Shown here: one piece after another, positions 1 through 11,320 of the stretch
How positions within the stretch are numbered: position 1 is the first letter of the stretch
Layout of the letters: each line of letters begins with the position of its first letter
DNA from: Podarcis bocagei
Taxonomy: Eukaryota
Assembly (NCBI GenBank): GCA_964188305.1
Contig: OZ076889.1
DNA: 64,000 bases
Strand: one strand, 5' to 3'
The notes under the pieces: model-generated
Databases searched by the model: none
Told to the model about the DNA's origin: nothing
Seen by the model: only the letters and a program-made list of their open reading frames with translations
Made by a program: the position numbers and the translations under genes

Positions 1-189
1 CCTGAAGTAAACGTAAGACGCGAGTGCGCAGGTCGCATTTCGCTGCTTCCACGCATGCGCGTGACGTCATTTTGAGTGTCTGTGTGAGCGGCGAAACCCG
101 GAAGTAATGCACTCCGTTACTTCCGGGTCGCCATGGAGTGCAACTCGAAAATATTCATCCCGAAGCTACTTCAGCTCGAGGTATGACTA
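1..189. mobile_element. Right part of a Tc1/mariner (Tigger-like) MITE, truncated by the window edge
   Basis: CpG-rich segment with an internal hairpin (acccggaagtaa...ttacttccgggt) ending in cgaggtatgact, resembling the ggtaccactg/gtacgactg termini of the TA-flanked MITEs elsewhere in the window. Confidence 0.55.
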
Positions 190-925
190 ATCAGATTTCA
201 GAATAATCAGATATCGTTATGACCACCTGTCTTTTACTATTAACACCTTATATACTCAGCAATTTATTAAGGCCTGACACTCGTTCATCATAGAGACATA
301 TGTTTAAGATTTATCTTGACAGTTTGGTTCTGTCTTATTTTGCAACAGATATATATTTAGACTTATTTATTCACTTCTGTTTATCTACAGTTACATCTGT
401 TGATGCCAACTTCTAAATTTGTATCCTATTCCAAGGAACTCAAAGTGCTTTTTCTGCAAGTTTGGGACAAACTGCACAATCAAATCAATGGCTTAATAAA
501 CTAGTTTATTAATGAGTGGCATAACCCTTCCATGCCCTTTTGTTCTACCCACTGAGCAAATGGCTAAGCAGTTCAATATTCTGTTTATAAAAATAGGTTT
601 CTGTTATACATGAGCCTGGAAACCTATGGTTAATGACTTGTGAGGATATTAAGCTATGGTTTGAAGTTAGCTTATTATCTTGGCTTGATTGCAAAGGTGT
701 TATATATACCCATAAGCCAGGATATAATTTTTTTGTGAATCAGGCCATCTAGCGGTTGGTCCAAGGTCAACCAGTGTCCTTCATGACTTAGCAGGGATTT
801 GAAAGCAGGCCTCCCTGATCTAAGTGAAATACTCATTCTGCTACATCACACAAATAAATAGCTAAATATGTGTTTCACGAATTCTGTTTTCCTTCATTGT
901 ACTGCATGCCTTGTTCCTATTTTAG

Positions 926-1021
926 GTGCTTTATTTTTGCCCTGGCTTTAAGACTGGAGTGAAACAACTATTTAATATAATTACAAACAAGAAGGAAAGC
1001 TTAAAAGGTGATACTGATAAG
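926..1021 (+). CDS. USP1: USP1 internal exon (VLYFCPGFKTGVKQLFNIITNKKESLKGDTDK)
   Basis: tttag|GTG acceptor, AAG|gtgaga donor, 96 nt, phase 0-0; peptide matches the USP1 segment following the Cys box. Confidence 0.93.
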
Positions 1022-1913
1022 GTGAGAACATACTATCTATTATTGGGCATATTGTACATAACAAAAGTTAGTATATCATGAGTTCAATATAAACAAATTC
1101 TTCCATTGGAAGAAAGTTTATTTTGAAAGATGTCACTTCTGTAGCAGGGTAATTTAGACTTGGCATGCCTTTAGAGGTGCTAGCCCCATTAGCACAAAGC
1201 AGTTTGCATTGAAACCACTTGCTAGAAGGCTGGACGGTGGGTGGAAACTCAGTTTTAAGTGGTTTGGATGCAAACCACTTTTATGTAATGGAGCAAGCCC
1301 CTCTGAAAGAGCACTAAACCTCCATCAGCTTATTGATGCTAACAGGTAGCCCTACTTGCAAAGGCGTTTTAGGGAACTCATTTTAGGATCCTGATTGTTC
1401 CATAGTAGCTGTCTATACCTGGTGTCTTATGTGATGTCAGATGTGGGGCAGGCGAACATGGTTTGCAGGAAATGACCTTGTGGGTAAAAGTAGGACACCT
1501 GAGTGCTGGTTGTTCCTCACCCTTGTTTTAAGACTAGTCAAATGTGTTCCAGGATAGACAGATGATGCCTTATATGGTATATTTTTATATGGTATGGCAT
1601 AGAATTAGGACTGAAGCACAATGAAGATTCGTTTGTTAATGTAGTTCTATAGTCACTTTCAGACAGTAAAAGGGTCATTTAATTGAATTCAGTCTTTGGC
1701 ATTAAGTAAATAACAACCTAATATCGGTACAATGATGATAACATTGATACATTTGAAATTTTGTATCACAGAATCATAATAGCTTGAGCTGATGTGCAAA
1801 ATGAAATTAAATACATCAATATTATGAAAAGGGATTATAAAATTATGTAACTAGCTAAAAAGGCAAGAAAATTAACTTTCAAATGCAAACACTTATTTTC
1901 TCTGTCTTTATAG

Positions 1914-2074
1914 GGGGGAAGTAAAGAAGATTCTCTTGCAAGCTATGAATTGGTCTGCAGTTTACACTCTTTGATTGTTTCAGTTGAACAGCTTCAGGCC
2001 AGCTTTCTCTTAAATTCTGATAAATACACAGATGAACTTGCAACTCAGCCAAGAAGACTACTAAATACGCTTAG
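1914..2074 (+). CDS. USP1: USP1 internal exon (GGSKEDSLASYELVCSLHSLIVSVEQLQASFLLNSDKYTDELATQPRRLLNTLR)
   Basis: tatag|GGG acceptor, AG|gtacaa donor, 161 nt, phase 0-2. Confidence 0.95.
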
Positions 2075-2600
2075 GTACAAAAGATGTGTTTCTAACTATT
2101 TCTGAAGCAAATGAGATGGAATATTGTAATTTTCTACAGAAAGACAGCCTTTTAAGTTTATTGAATTATTCCTATTCACAAATATGTTCTCCAGCATCTT
2201 CTTACAGTAGATGTGTTCATTTCTAGTCACTTTATAACGTGAGATAGCTCAGCAACAATGCAGATTGAACCTGTTCTGTGATCTCAAATCAGTCAAATTT
2301 AAATGACTGATAGGCAAAAATAGTAAATTATCTGTAATATACTAGTTTTACAAAAATATATCTCCATAATTCTAAATACATAATAGCCTGCAAAACTGAG
2401 AACTTCATGAAGCTGTACATCTACCTCATTTAAATTTTGGATCCCCCAAACATAGCGTAGTAACTTGAATTGTACTTAAAATGTGTTCCCAAGAAGGGCA
2501 CCTGCCAAATTTGGTTATGCTCATGAATCCCTGTCTAAACTGTGTCATTAAGCTATTTTTTGACTGTGTATATTAGGTAATGTGTTGCATTTTTTTTAAG

Positions 2601-3298
2601 GGAACTGAACCCCATGTATGAGGGATACTTGCAACATGATGCCCAAGAAGTATTGCAGTGTATATTGGGACATATCCAAGAAACATGTCAGCTGTTGAAG
2701 GAACAACTGAAACCCAGATCACTAGAAGAGCCCACAGCTGAACTAAAGAAAACTACTAATCAGGATATTGGCAGTACTGGTATTGTTGAGGAAGATGTTA
2801 GTTTGATCTCTGAGCAAGCTATTGAGGACGGTGAAGATAAAACTAACGGAAATGCAAAAAGAAAAAATGATACAGAGGATGGCAATGAAAAGAAAAAATC
2901 CAAATTTTCCAAAGAGAAAAATGGAATAGAAGAGAATCAGAGACGGACCAGGTCAAAGAGAAAAGCCCTGGAGGAAAAACTAGAAAATCAATCTGAAGCA
3001 ACCATTAAGCATTGCATTGAAAATGAAAATACAAAACCAACCCATAAAAAATCCAGACTTCGATTAAATTGGTTAAAATCTTCAAGCAAGCAACCTAGCA
3101 TTCTGTCCAAATTTTGTAGTTTGGGAAAGCTGACAACAAACTTGGGGTTCAAAGAGCCTGTTAAAGAAATAGAAAACTCTGGATTCACAGACAGTTTCCG
3201 CAAGTGTGAAAATGGCAGCCAAGGAACGGAAGACTATTGTGATCCATCATCTATTGAAAGCACTGTCGAAAAAGAAATTGAAAAACGATGCCAGAGAG
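2601..3298 (+). CDS. USP1: USP1 large exon: QHDAQE box plus insert with basic NLS-like clusters
   Basis: tttaag|G GAA CTG AAC CCC ATG; ELNPMYEGYLQHDAQEVLQCILG...KQPSILSKFCSLGK; G|gttagt donor; 698 nt, phase 2-1. Confidence 0.96.
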
Positions 3299-4464
3299 GT
3301 TAGTCTTATGAGTAACGTGTGTGTGCCCAGTTTGCTGAGATCACCTGGCCACATTTTTGTGTTTTCATTAGTGGTAGAAGAGATGGAACAAGTCACATGA
3401 ATTGCCTCCTTGGCTTGGCTCTTTTTTCTTTTTTACCACAGTCTAGCTATGAGGGATGTACATATTTTGTGGCTTATATAATATACAGTTGTATATTATA
3501 TACTAGGAAATAAGCATCATTTAACTCAATGGGCTTACTTCTGAGTAAACATTTTAGGATAGCGCTGTAAACCTAGGAGCAAGACTACTAACCCAACCAT
3601 GTTTCATGGCTGGGTTTTGTGTCTCACTTTCTCCTGACATTAACTATGCATGGTGGGACACAGGGTGGAAAGAGATTGAGATATGTTTAGTTCCAGCAGT
3701 GTAGCTTTCTTGTAGGGCAAAGCAAAGATGGCTGATACTTGCCCTAAGCAAGCAGAACAGTGGCGTATTGCAGGGCTGGGTTAACTAGATCTGAGTTGGC
3801 AAATATAACAAGCCAAAATGTAATACAGCGAAGGTCAGTGTTTTAACATTTCTAATACTTCTGGATTTAACTTAATGAAAATTAAATCAATAGTTTTAGT
3901 ATTCTTTAAAACAAAAACTGAAAATACTGGGATTTCTTTGTAGGGGTAGATTGGTAAAGTTCTTTTTTAGATGTAAGAAGCTGCCTAGAATGGTTAAGCC
4001 TGTATGCTAAAAGATCTTTTATCTTGCCCTATGGAAAACCATTTCCTGCATAATGAATGATTCTTCTTCTCATACTCCTTTTTGAGTAAACATGCTTAGG
4101 GGTGTGCTGGTTGTATCTGAAAGATAGGGCTGCAATGACATTAGCGAGTTCAATATCAAGAATGTACCCCCAGTGTAGTGCCTAATAATTGAAGTTCCTA
4201 ATAAGAACTACATTGTTCATATGGAGTGGGATCTAAAGAGATCCAAAGAGCTGTGGATGGAACTTCCTGCCTTGGTATACAGTTTTTGAACTATACTTTG
4301 GAGCATTTCCTCTTGCTGCTTCAGCTGCTCAAAGATATGGGATTTGGAGGAGTAGTGTCATATGCAGTACGAGGAGCTGCAGTAAGATGATGAAATTCAG
4401 AGAACTCTGATAATATCTATTCAGGAAAAGAGTTTAACCTAATCTGGTATGTACTTTACCTTAG

Positions 4465-4635
4465 GTTCAGAGTTAGCTGTCTTCGATTTAGTGGAGAGAC
4501 TCTTCCAGGGTCAGTTGGTGTTACGAACACGATGTTTAGAGTGTGAGAGTTTCACTGAGAGAAGAGAAGACTTTCAAGATATTAGTGTGCCAGTGCAAAA
4601 AGAAGAGTTCTCAAAAACAGAAGAGAATTCTGAAA
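4465..4635 (+). CDS. USP1: USP1 exon (LVERLFQGQLVLRTRCLECESFTERREDFQDISVPV), first Zn-finger CxxC
   Basis: ttag|GT acceptor, A|gtaagt donor, 171 nt, phase 1-1. Confidence 0.95.
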
Positions 4636-5709
4636 GTAAGTATAAAGCACAGTAAATTTTAAGTATGTCTGTGATTCACATGCCTGTGTTTGGTAGGAGT
4701 ATGCATACTTTACTTGCCAACTGTAGTTAAATTCTGGGTGTACATTTCTACATATAGTTTTATTATTTTTTAAGTTGTATCCTGACAACTTGTCACCTGA
4801 TGGGTGCTGACAGACATTACCTTTTAAAGTACATATGCAACCATTTTCTTGGAAACAGCTTTTTCCCAGCTTACACTTGATGCCAAGGGTGGGGCAGGTG
4901 GGCATGGTTTGGGGAAAACAGTACTGTGAGTGAAGTTAGGATCCCTGCTGGGCCTAATCAGGCCCATGGGCTGGAGTTCCCCTTCTGTGCTGTAGATCAG
5001 CTAGTGAACACTGCTTGATGAAGGAAATTCAGAGCTACAGCTTTCCCCCAGCAGAGATTGCTATTCAGCTCCCAAGAGCAAGGGCCCCTTCCCAGTAATT
5101 TTGTTCCACTGTCAAGCTTAAATGTACAGTAATCTTGTAACTTAAGGTCACTACTTTAGGAAACAAGTCTTTGCCCTCTTCTGTATGACAGCCCTACAAG
5201 TATCTGGTTGGTTTGTTACATTTTTCTTAGAATGCTTTCATCTTCTGATTTGGTTGCATTTATGTGCTTTTTAATTTTTTCCATGGCATTAATAAAATGT
5301 AAGCTACCTTGGAAGATGCAGATGCATTGGAAGGGTACGGCATAAGTTTTCTAAATAAATATGTCTTTTCTCCAGGTGAAACATACCTAGTTTCTCCAAC
5401 TTTTTCTCATAGGCTTTGTTTTCCATATTTCATCCTCCACTGAACCAATTCCAATTTGTTTATATGACCTTTAAAAGCACAACACCCAAAACTGGACATA
5501 GTACCTCAAATGTACAGAATAAGGTGACACTGTTATTTAGAAACTAAGATTCTTTGAATACAGCCCCAAAATTGCATTAGCCTTTTTGCAGTTGCACCAC
5601 ACTGATCACACCTTCTGAGAGAAGAAATAGGTGTGTGCCAGAGGGGTGGTTGTGGTGTGAATGTGCTCAGTATGGTATTTCAGTTGATGGCTATTGTTAT
5701 CCTATAAAA

Positions 5710-5845
5710 CAGGCATAGGCAAACTTGGCCCTCCAGATGTTTTGAGACTACAGTTCCCATCATCCCTGACCACTGGTCCTGTTAGCTAGGGATGATAGTA
5801 GTTGTAATCCCAAAACATCTGGAGGGCCGAGTTTGCCTATGCCTG
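5710..5845. mobile_element. 136-bp palindromic hAT-type MITE
   Basis: TIR caggcataggcaaact...agtttgcctatgcctg; exact 8-bp TSD CTATAAAA at 5702-5709 and 5846-5853. Confidence 0.9.
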
Positions 5846-6278
5846 CTATAAAATGTCCCCATTCTGGTTGCTTAGAAATGTGTGATCATACCAGTCTGTA
5901 ACGTGCTGAAATGAAGCATGGCAATCTACGTAAGACAGATACTTCCTATAATACAGGTCTTAGTTATATGGAAGGGTGCATGGCTCTAGGATTCTGCAGG
6001 TTTCTAGGATGGTGTTAAACCCCTTCCCCACCTTAAAGAAACTGCCTTCTGTTTGGTTGTGCTGAAGTATGGAGATTAGGAATTGGCTTTGGAGAGTCAT
6101 GAGATCACAGCAGAGCATAAGCTTTGGAACCCTGATGTGTAATTCTCTAGGATTCTGGCACTTTTAAAAACATTTGCTCACATGTCCTGCACTCATATTA
6201 TCGTGGTCAACAACCTGATTTGTATTTAACTGCTTACAGTATTGGGCAAACTAAATATAAGCAACTTTCTTTTTGTAG

Positions 6279-6480
6279 TTTCTCCAGATCCCAAAACAGA
6301 AGTGAAGACTCTGAAGTGGGCAATTTCCCAGTTTGCTTCAGTGGAGAGGATTGTGGGAGAAGATAAATATTTCTGTGAAAACTGTCGTCATTACACAGAA
6401 GCTGAACGCAGTCTTCTATTTGACAAAATGCCTGAAGTTATAACCATCCACTTGAAGTGCTTCGCAGCTAGAGGATTAGA
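6279..6480 (+). CDS. USP1: USP1 exon (ISPDPKTEVK...YFCENCRHY...IHLKCFAARGLE), second Zn-finger CxxC
   Basis: tgtag|TT acceptor, GA|gtgagt donor, 202 nt, phase 1-2. Confidence 0.96.
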
Positions 6481-8089
6481 GTGAGTATAGTGAATAAACC
6501 ACATTGAACAACCTGACTACTGGAAGTAAAACTGCACAAATATAAAATAATAAAATGGAACCCAAATCAAGTGAATTTAACTTCTGGAAAGAAGAGCATG
6601 AACTATATTGTTAGGTATCCCAAAATATACTGTTGAGATTGTGCTTCCCGTGGAATTTGCACAGTAGCTCAGTTCCTCTAAGCATGAAGGGGGAGAGAGC
6701 AGTGGGACATATCCTGCAGCTTCTTACATCCTTACAACAAAGATATACACTCATGGGGATCTTGTGTGATCAGTGTTTCTGAATGCAGGGAGGGAAGATA
6801 CATATAGGTGCACAAAGACTTCCAGAAATGGTGTGCCTAAAATTATTTGTTCTTGCCACTACTTTTGAAATTAAAAAAAAAATTAGTCAGACCATATGGG
6901 GTGTTAAGTTTCCAGCTCATTCCAAATTATATGCATGCAAATATCCCTCCTATGGCAAGATCTGCCAGCACAAGCAGCTCAGGATGCAGCGGATCTCCCA
7001 ATCCTAGTTTAGTTTAGCCTGGTGCAAGTTGCTTAACCCGCTTGATCTGAAGCTGGTGTTTGTCCTCAAAACGGGGTGTAATGGGGCAGGACTAGGGAAG
7101 GCTGGATTCTAAGCTCATACAGCTCAGTCACATGACCTGGCAACCTACTGTAGAACACTTATTTTTAAAAGGCTTGTTTTCCCTCAACCAGGTTTGGCAG
7201 AAGCCGCCCTGCTGCTTAATGGAGTTTGCATCTGGTGTAATTTTACAGTGGCTTAATTTACATCAGCATGCTTCCAGAGGATTGCTCCCTTAGTGTGCAT
7301 GTACCTTTAAGCAAAATCCTCCTTCTAAAATAAAAGTCATGTGCTTCATTGTCATTACTTTGGTCACAGTCAAGTACTTTCTTGTAACTCACGCTTTGTT
7401 GGGAAAGCAGCCAATATTAAATTCTACTCACCTGGTGATGAATATTTTCTTCAACAGGTAGACCATGCTTAAAGCAGACCTAAATACTACAAAGTGTACA
7501 GTTGTCTAGAGAAATAAAAATAAATTAGGCAATAGTACAATAATAGTATTTTATGTGAGTGTGCCTAAACTAGCAAGCACCCCATTAGCAAGGAAAGACT
7601 GCTGGGTAGCTTCCTTGATTACTTCTAGGCACGGTGAGAATCAATTGTCTTGGCTTACTTGCCATTATTTTTTCACTACAGTGGTGCCTCGCAAGACGAA
7701 ATTAATTCGTTCCGCAATTCTCTTCGTCTTGCGGTTTTTTCGTCTTGCGATGCACGGTTTCCCATAGGAATGCATTGAAAATCAATTAATGCGTTCCTAG
7801 GGAAACCGACTTCAGACCAGGTCCGGGGACAGTCTGTCCCCGGACCTCTTCTGAAGGCTGGGGGGGGGGGACAAGGGCTTTTCTTCCCACCCCCAGCATT
7901 TTAAAAAACCCTGGGACAGCGGAGGACTTCTCCGCTGTGCGGGGCTATCTTAAAATGCTGGCGGGCGGCATTTTAAAATCGCTCCGGACAGCGGAGGACT
8001 TCTCCGCTGTCCGGGGCGATTTAAAAGCCCCTGGGAAGGCAGGCAGGGGGGACAAAGACTTTCGCCCCCTGCCCGCCTTCAGAAGGTGT

Positions 8090-8716
8090 TCCCGCCCCCC
8101 GCCCCACTTCGGAACAGCTTTCCGAAGTGGGGCGGATGGGGCAGGTGTCCCCGCCCCCCCGCCCCACTTCGGAACAGCTTTCCGAAGTGGGGCGGCGGGG
8201 CCAGGTGTTCCCGCCCCCCCTCCCCACTTCGGAAGAGCTTTCCGAAGAGGGGCGGCGGGGCCAGGTGTTCCCGCCCCCCCTCCCCACTTCGGAAGAGCTT
8301 TCCGAAGTGGGGCGGCGGGGCCAGGTGTCCCCGCCCCCCGCCCCACTTCGGAAGAGCTTTCCGAAGTGGGGCGGCGGGGCCAGGTGTCCCCGCCCCCCGC
8401 CCCACTTCGGAAGAGCTTTCCGAAGTGGGGCGGCGGGGCCAGGTGTCCCCGCCCCCCCTCCCCACTTCGGAAGAGCTTTCCGAAGTGGGGCGGCGGGGCC
8501 AGGTGTCCCCGCCCCCCCTCCCCACTTCGGAAGAGCTTTCCGAAGTGGGGCGGCGGGGCCAGGTGTCCCCGCCCCCCGCCCCACTTCGGAACAGCTTTCC
8601 GAAGTGGGGCGGCGGGGCCAGGTGTTCCCGCCCCCACTCCCCACTTCGGAAGAGCTTTCCGAAGTGGGGCGGCGGGGCCAGGTGTCCCCGCCCCCACTCC
8701 CCACTTCGGAACAGCG
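8090..8716. repeat. GC-rich ~59-60-bp minisatellite, about 10.5 units, each with a 13-bp stem hairpin
   Basis: Unit ccccacttcggaa-(g/c)agct-ttccgaagtgggg-cggcggggccaggtgtccccgccccc, repeated from about 8101 to 8700. Confidence 0.95.
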
Positions 8717-9080
8717 TTTTAAAATGCTGGGGGTCGGGAGCGAAGCGCTGCCGACCCCCAGCATTTTAAAATCTCCCCGTGTCCCGGGGAGGTTTTAAAA
8801 TGCTGGGGGTCGGCAGCGCTTCGCTCCCGACCCCCAGCATTTTAAAATCTTCCCAGGACACGGGGAGATTTTAAAATGCTGGGGGTCTGCAGCGCTTCGC
8901 TCCCGACCCCCAGCATTTTAAAATCTTCCCAGGACACGGGGAGATTTTAAAATGCTGGGGGTCTGCAGCGCTTCGCTCCCGACCCCCAGCATTTTAAAAT
9001 CTTCCCAGGACACGGGGAGATTTTAAAATGCTGGGGGTCGGCAGCGAACGCTTCGCTCCCGCCCGCCAGCATTTTAAGAT
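8717..9080. repeat. 76-bp palindromic tandem repeat, about 5 units
   Basis: ttttaaaatgctgggggtc...gacccccagcattttaaaa starting at 8717, 8793, 8869, 8945, 9021. Confidence 0.93.
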
Positions 9081-10264
9081 CGCCCGGGGCAGGCGGGGGG
9101 GAGGCAGGCGGGGGGGGAGCAAATACTTTTGCCCCCCGCCGGCCTTCAGAAGAGGTCCTCTTCTGAAGGCCGGCTGTGGGCGAAAGTCTTTGCTCCTGAC
9201 CGCCAGCATTTCCCTATGGGCTTTCGTCTTGCGATGCAAGCCCATAGGGAAATTCGTCTTGCGAAGCGCCTCCAAAACAGAAAACCCTTTCGTCTTGCGG
9301 GTTTTCCGTCTTGCGAGGCATTTGTCTTGCGGGGTACCACTGTAGTTGCAAACTCTCAAAAGACTTAAATGATTAAGATCTATCCACTAATAAATGTGTG
9401 TTAGAATATGTATCCTATTCTTCCCACTGTTTCTTGTATCTCATGGAAGGTCTTAACAAATATTTTAAAACAAGTATCTCTTCCACTGTAGTCCCACATT
9501 ATATCTATTTAGGTCATGTTCATAATACATAAAATATATTTCCAAATAAACCCTGTTCTTAATTTTCCACTATTATATGGCTTTTCTTGCTATTTAAACA
9601 CCAATCAGCATATAATTATAGACTATCTTTTGTAAGCTTTCAAACATTAGATACCTCAGGCAAAAACCAGTGGATTGTAATAAAAACAAGGCAACCAACA
9701 GTTCCTGCTGTTATTTTACTGGAAGTTTAAGTGTAAATTAAAGGCATATCTGAAATTGAATTATCTATTGAGTGGATTCTCTCAACTGTCCCCAATATGA
9801 ATTTCACTGTTGCGAAACATGAAATTATTTTACAATTTGTAAGTGCAAAGAGATGGGGGGAAATTAGCTGGTGTCTTGTTGTAATGCTTATTCAGAAATA
9901 CCTATGCAAATTGCTTACCTATTGGGCTGTCTTTTGAAATACCTAATTGTCAAAAAATAATAATTTACCTTTGTAATAGTTTAAAAAATGAAAAAAGTTG
10001 CTGTTGTTCAGTCACTTGATTTGTTACAGCAAGAAATTAAGTACAGTATCTTAATATGTTGGAGATCTAAAAGCTAAGCACTAGAGTACCTCATTTTGGT
10101 TCAAGGTTTGCAATATTACTTGGTGATAATGCAAATTTAAGAGAATCCAAGTTTAAGAGTGACTGATATCCTAGAGCAAAAGGAAAGCAAACTAGCTGAA
10201 TTTTAAAATTTAAAAGAGCTGTGCAAAGTGACAACATAATCTATTTATTACATTTCTCCCCAAG

Positions 10265-10985
10265 GTTTGATTGTTACGGTGGGCTGTCCAAGATAAATAC
10301 TCCTTTACAGACACCTCTCAAGCTGTCTTTGGATGACTGGAGCATAAACCCAGGCAACGAAATATATGGACTGTTTGCTGTAGTGATGCACAGCGGTATT
10401 ACAATCAGCAGTGGGCACTACACAGCCTCTGTTAAAATTACAAATTTGGATAGCTTGGAATTGGACAAGGACAATTTAACAAGTGATCCATTTTGTAAAA
10501 TTCACCCAGAGCCACTGAATGAACAAGAAGCAAGAGCTGTCACTGAGGACTATGACGACAGTGAGGTCTCCTTTAGAGTCAGTGGAAGTGCTCAGCCTAA
10601 CAAAGGACTGAACAAAAAGAATATAGAAGCTGTGGGGCTTCTTGGAGGACAAAAAAGCAAGCTGAACTGTGATTTGCCAAGCAACAAAGCAACCCATTCT
10701 GAGATGATGGCTAACATAGTCACTGAAACTAAAAATGCAGAGCATAGCCATGCTAAAGAAGTTGCGGAGTTTGAACGCTGTGAGCAAACTGATCCTGCTA
10801 TTGGACTAGAAAATAAAGCAATGCATATAATGCAGAGCTTGAAAGAGTATGAGGGGAAGTGGCTACTTTTTGATGATTCCGAAGTGAAAGTTACAGAGGA
10901 AAAAGACTTTCTCAACCTTCTGTCCCCCATTTCCTCATCTACATCTACTCCTTACCTGCTGTTTTATAAGAAAATTGTAGAGTGA
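10265..10985 (+). CDS. USP1: USP1 last coding exon: His box (HSGITISSGHY), GG autocleavage motif, catalytic Asp (WLLFDDSEV), stop
   Basis: ccaag|G TTT GAT TGT acceptor; ends TPYLLFYKKIVE*. Confidence 0.97.
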
Positions 10986-11320
10986 GGTTGTATTTTAACT
11001 ATGTAAATAAGTTTAGCATCTGATCAGTACTGAAGAGCACCTATGAAGCTACAGAATGATTCACCAGACTAAGATTCTGTAAAAATGAGATGATTTTTTA
11101 AAAGTGGGTAATTATCTTTATAGATTATATACAGATCATAGCAATACAAACCTGTATATATAGTCTGTTGAATAAAATGCTTTAAGAGCACAGTAGCATT
11201 TAAAGGTGGTTCTAATTTCGTCACACTACTCATATTTGCTCTCTTTAAAAATAAAGTTATTTGTACTCATATTCTAGAGTGTATAGTTGATATAAATAAA
11301 TCTAATTGCTTTTGCAAACA
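10986..11320 (+). other. USP1: USP1 proximal 3' UTR with AATAAA hexamers (about 11171, 11250, 11295); true end uncertain
   Basis: AT-rich sequence after the stop with several AATAAA hexamers; U-rich stretch after about 11325. Confidence 0.5.

Larger units (their letters stand above)
7679..9342. mobile_element. 1664-bp Tc1/mariner-type non-autonomous element carrying internal palindromic tandem arrays
   Basis: TA|cagtggtgcctcgcaagac ... gtcttgcggggtaccactg|TA; the same termini bound the 230-bp copy at 30657-30886. Confidence 0.9.

Noticed and set aside
7937-8798. Six overlapping 150-260 aa ORFs on both strands
   Set aside because: These are translations of a stop-poor GC-rich tandem repeat; frames shift with 59/60-bp unit variation and there are no splice or domain signals.
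8090-9080. CRISPR-like array of palindromic repeats
   Set aside because: The intervening segments are near-identical rather than unique spacers, there are no cas genes, and the array sits inside a MITE in a vertebrate intron.
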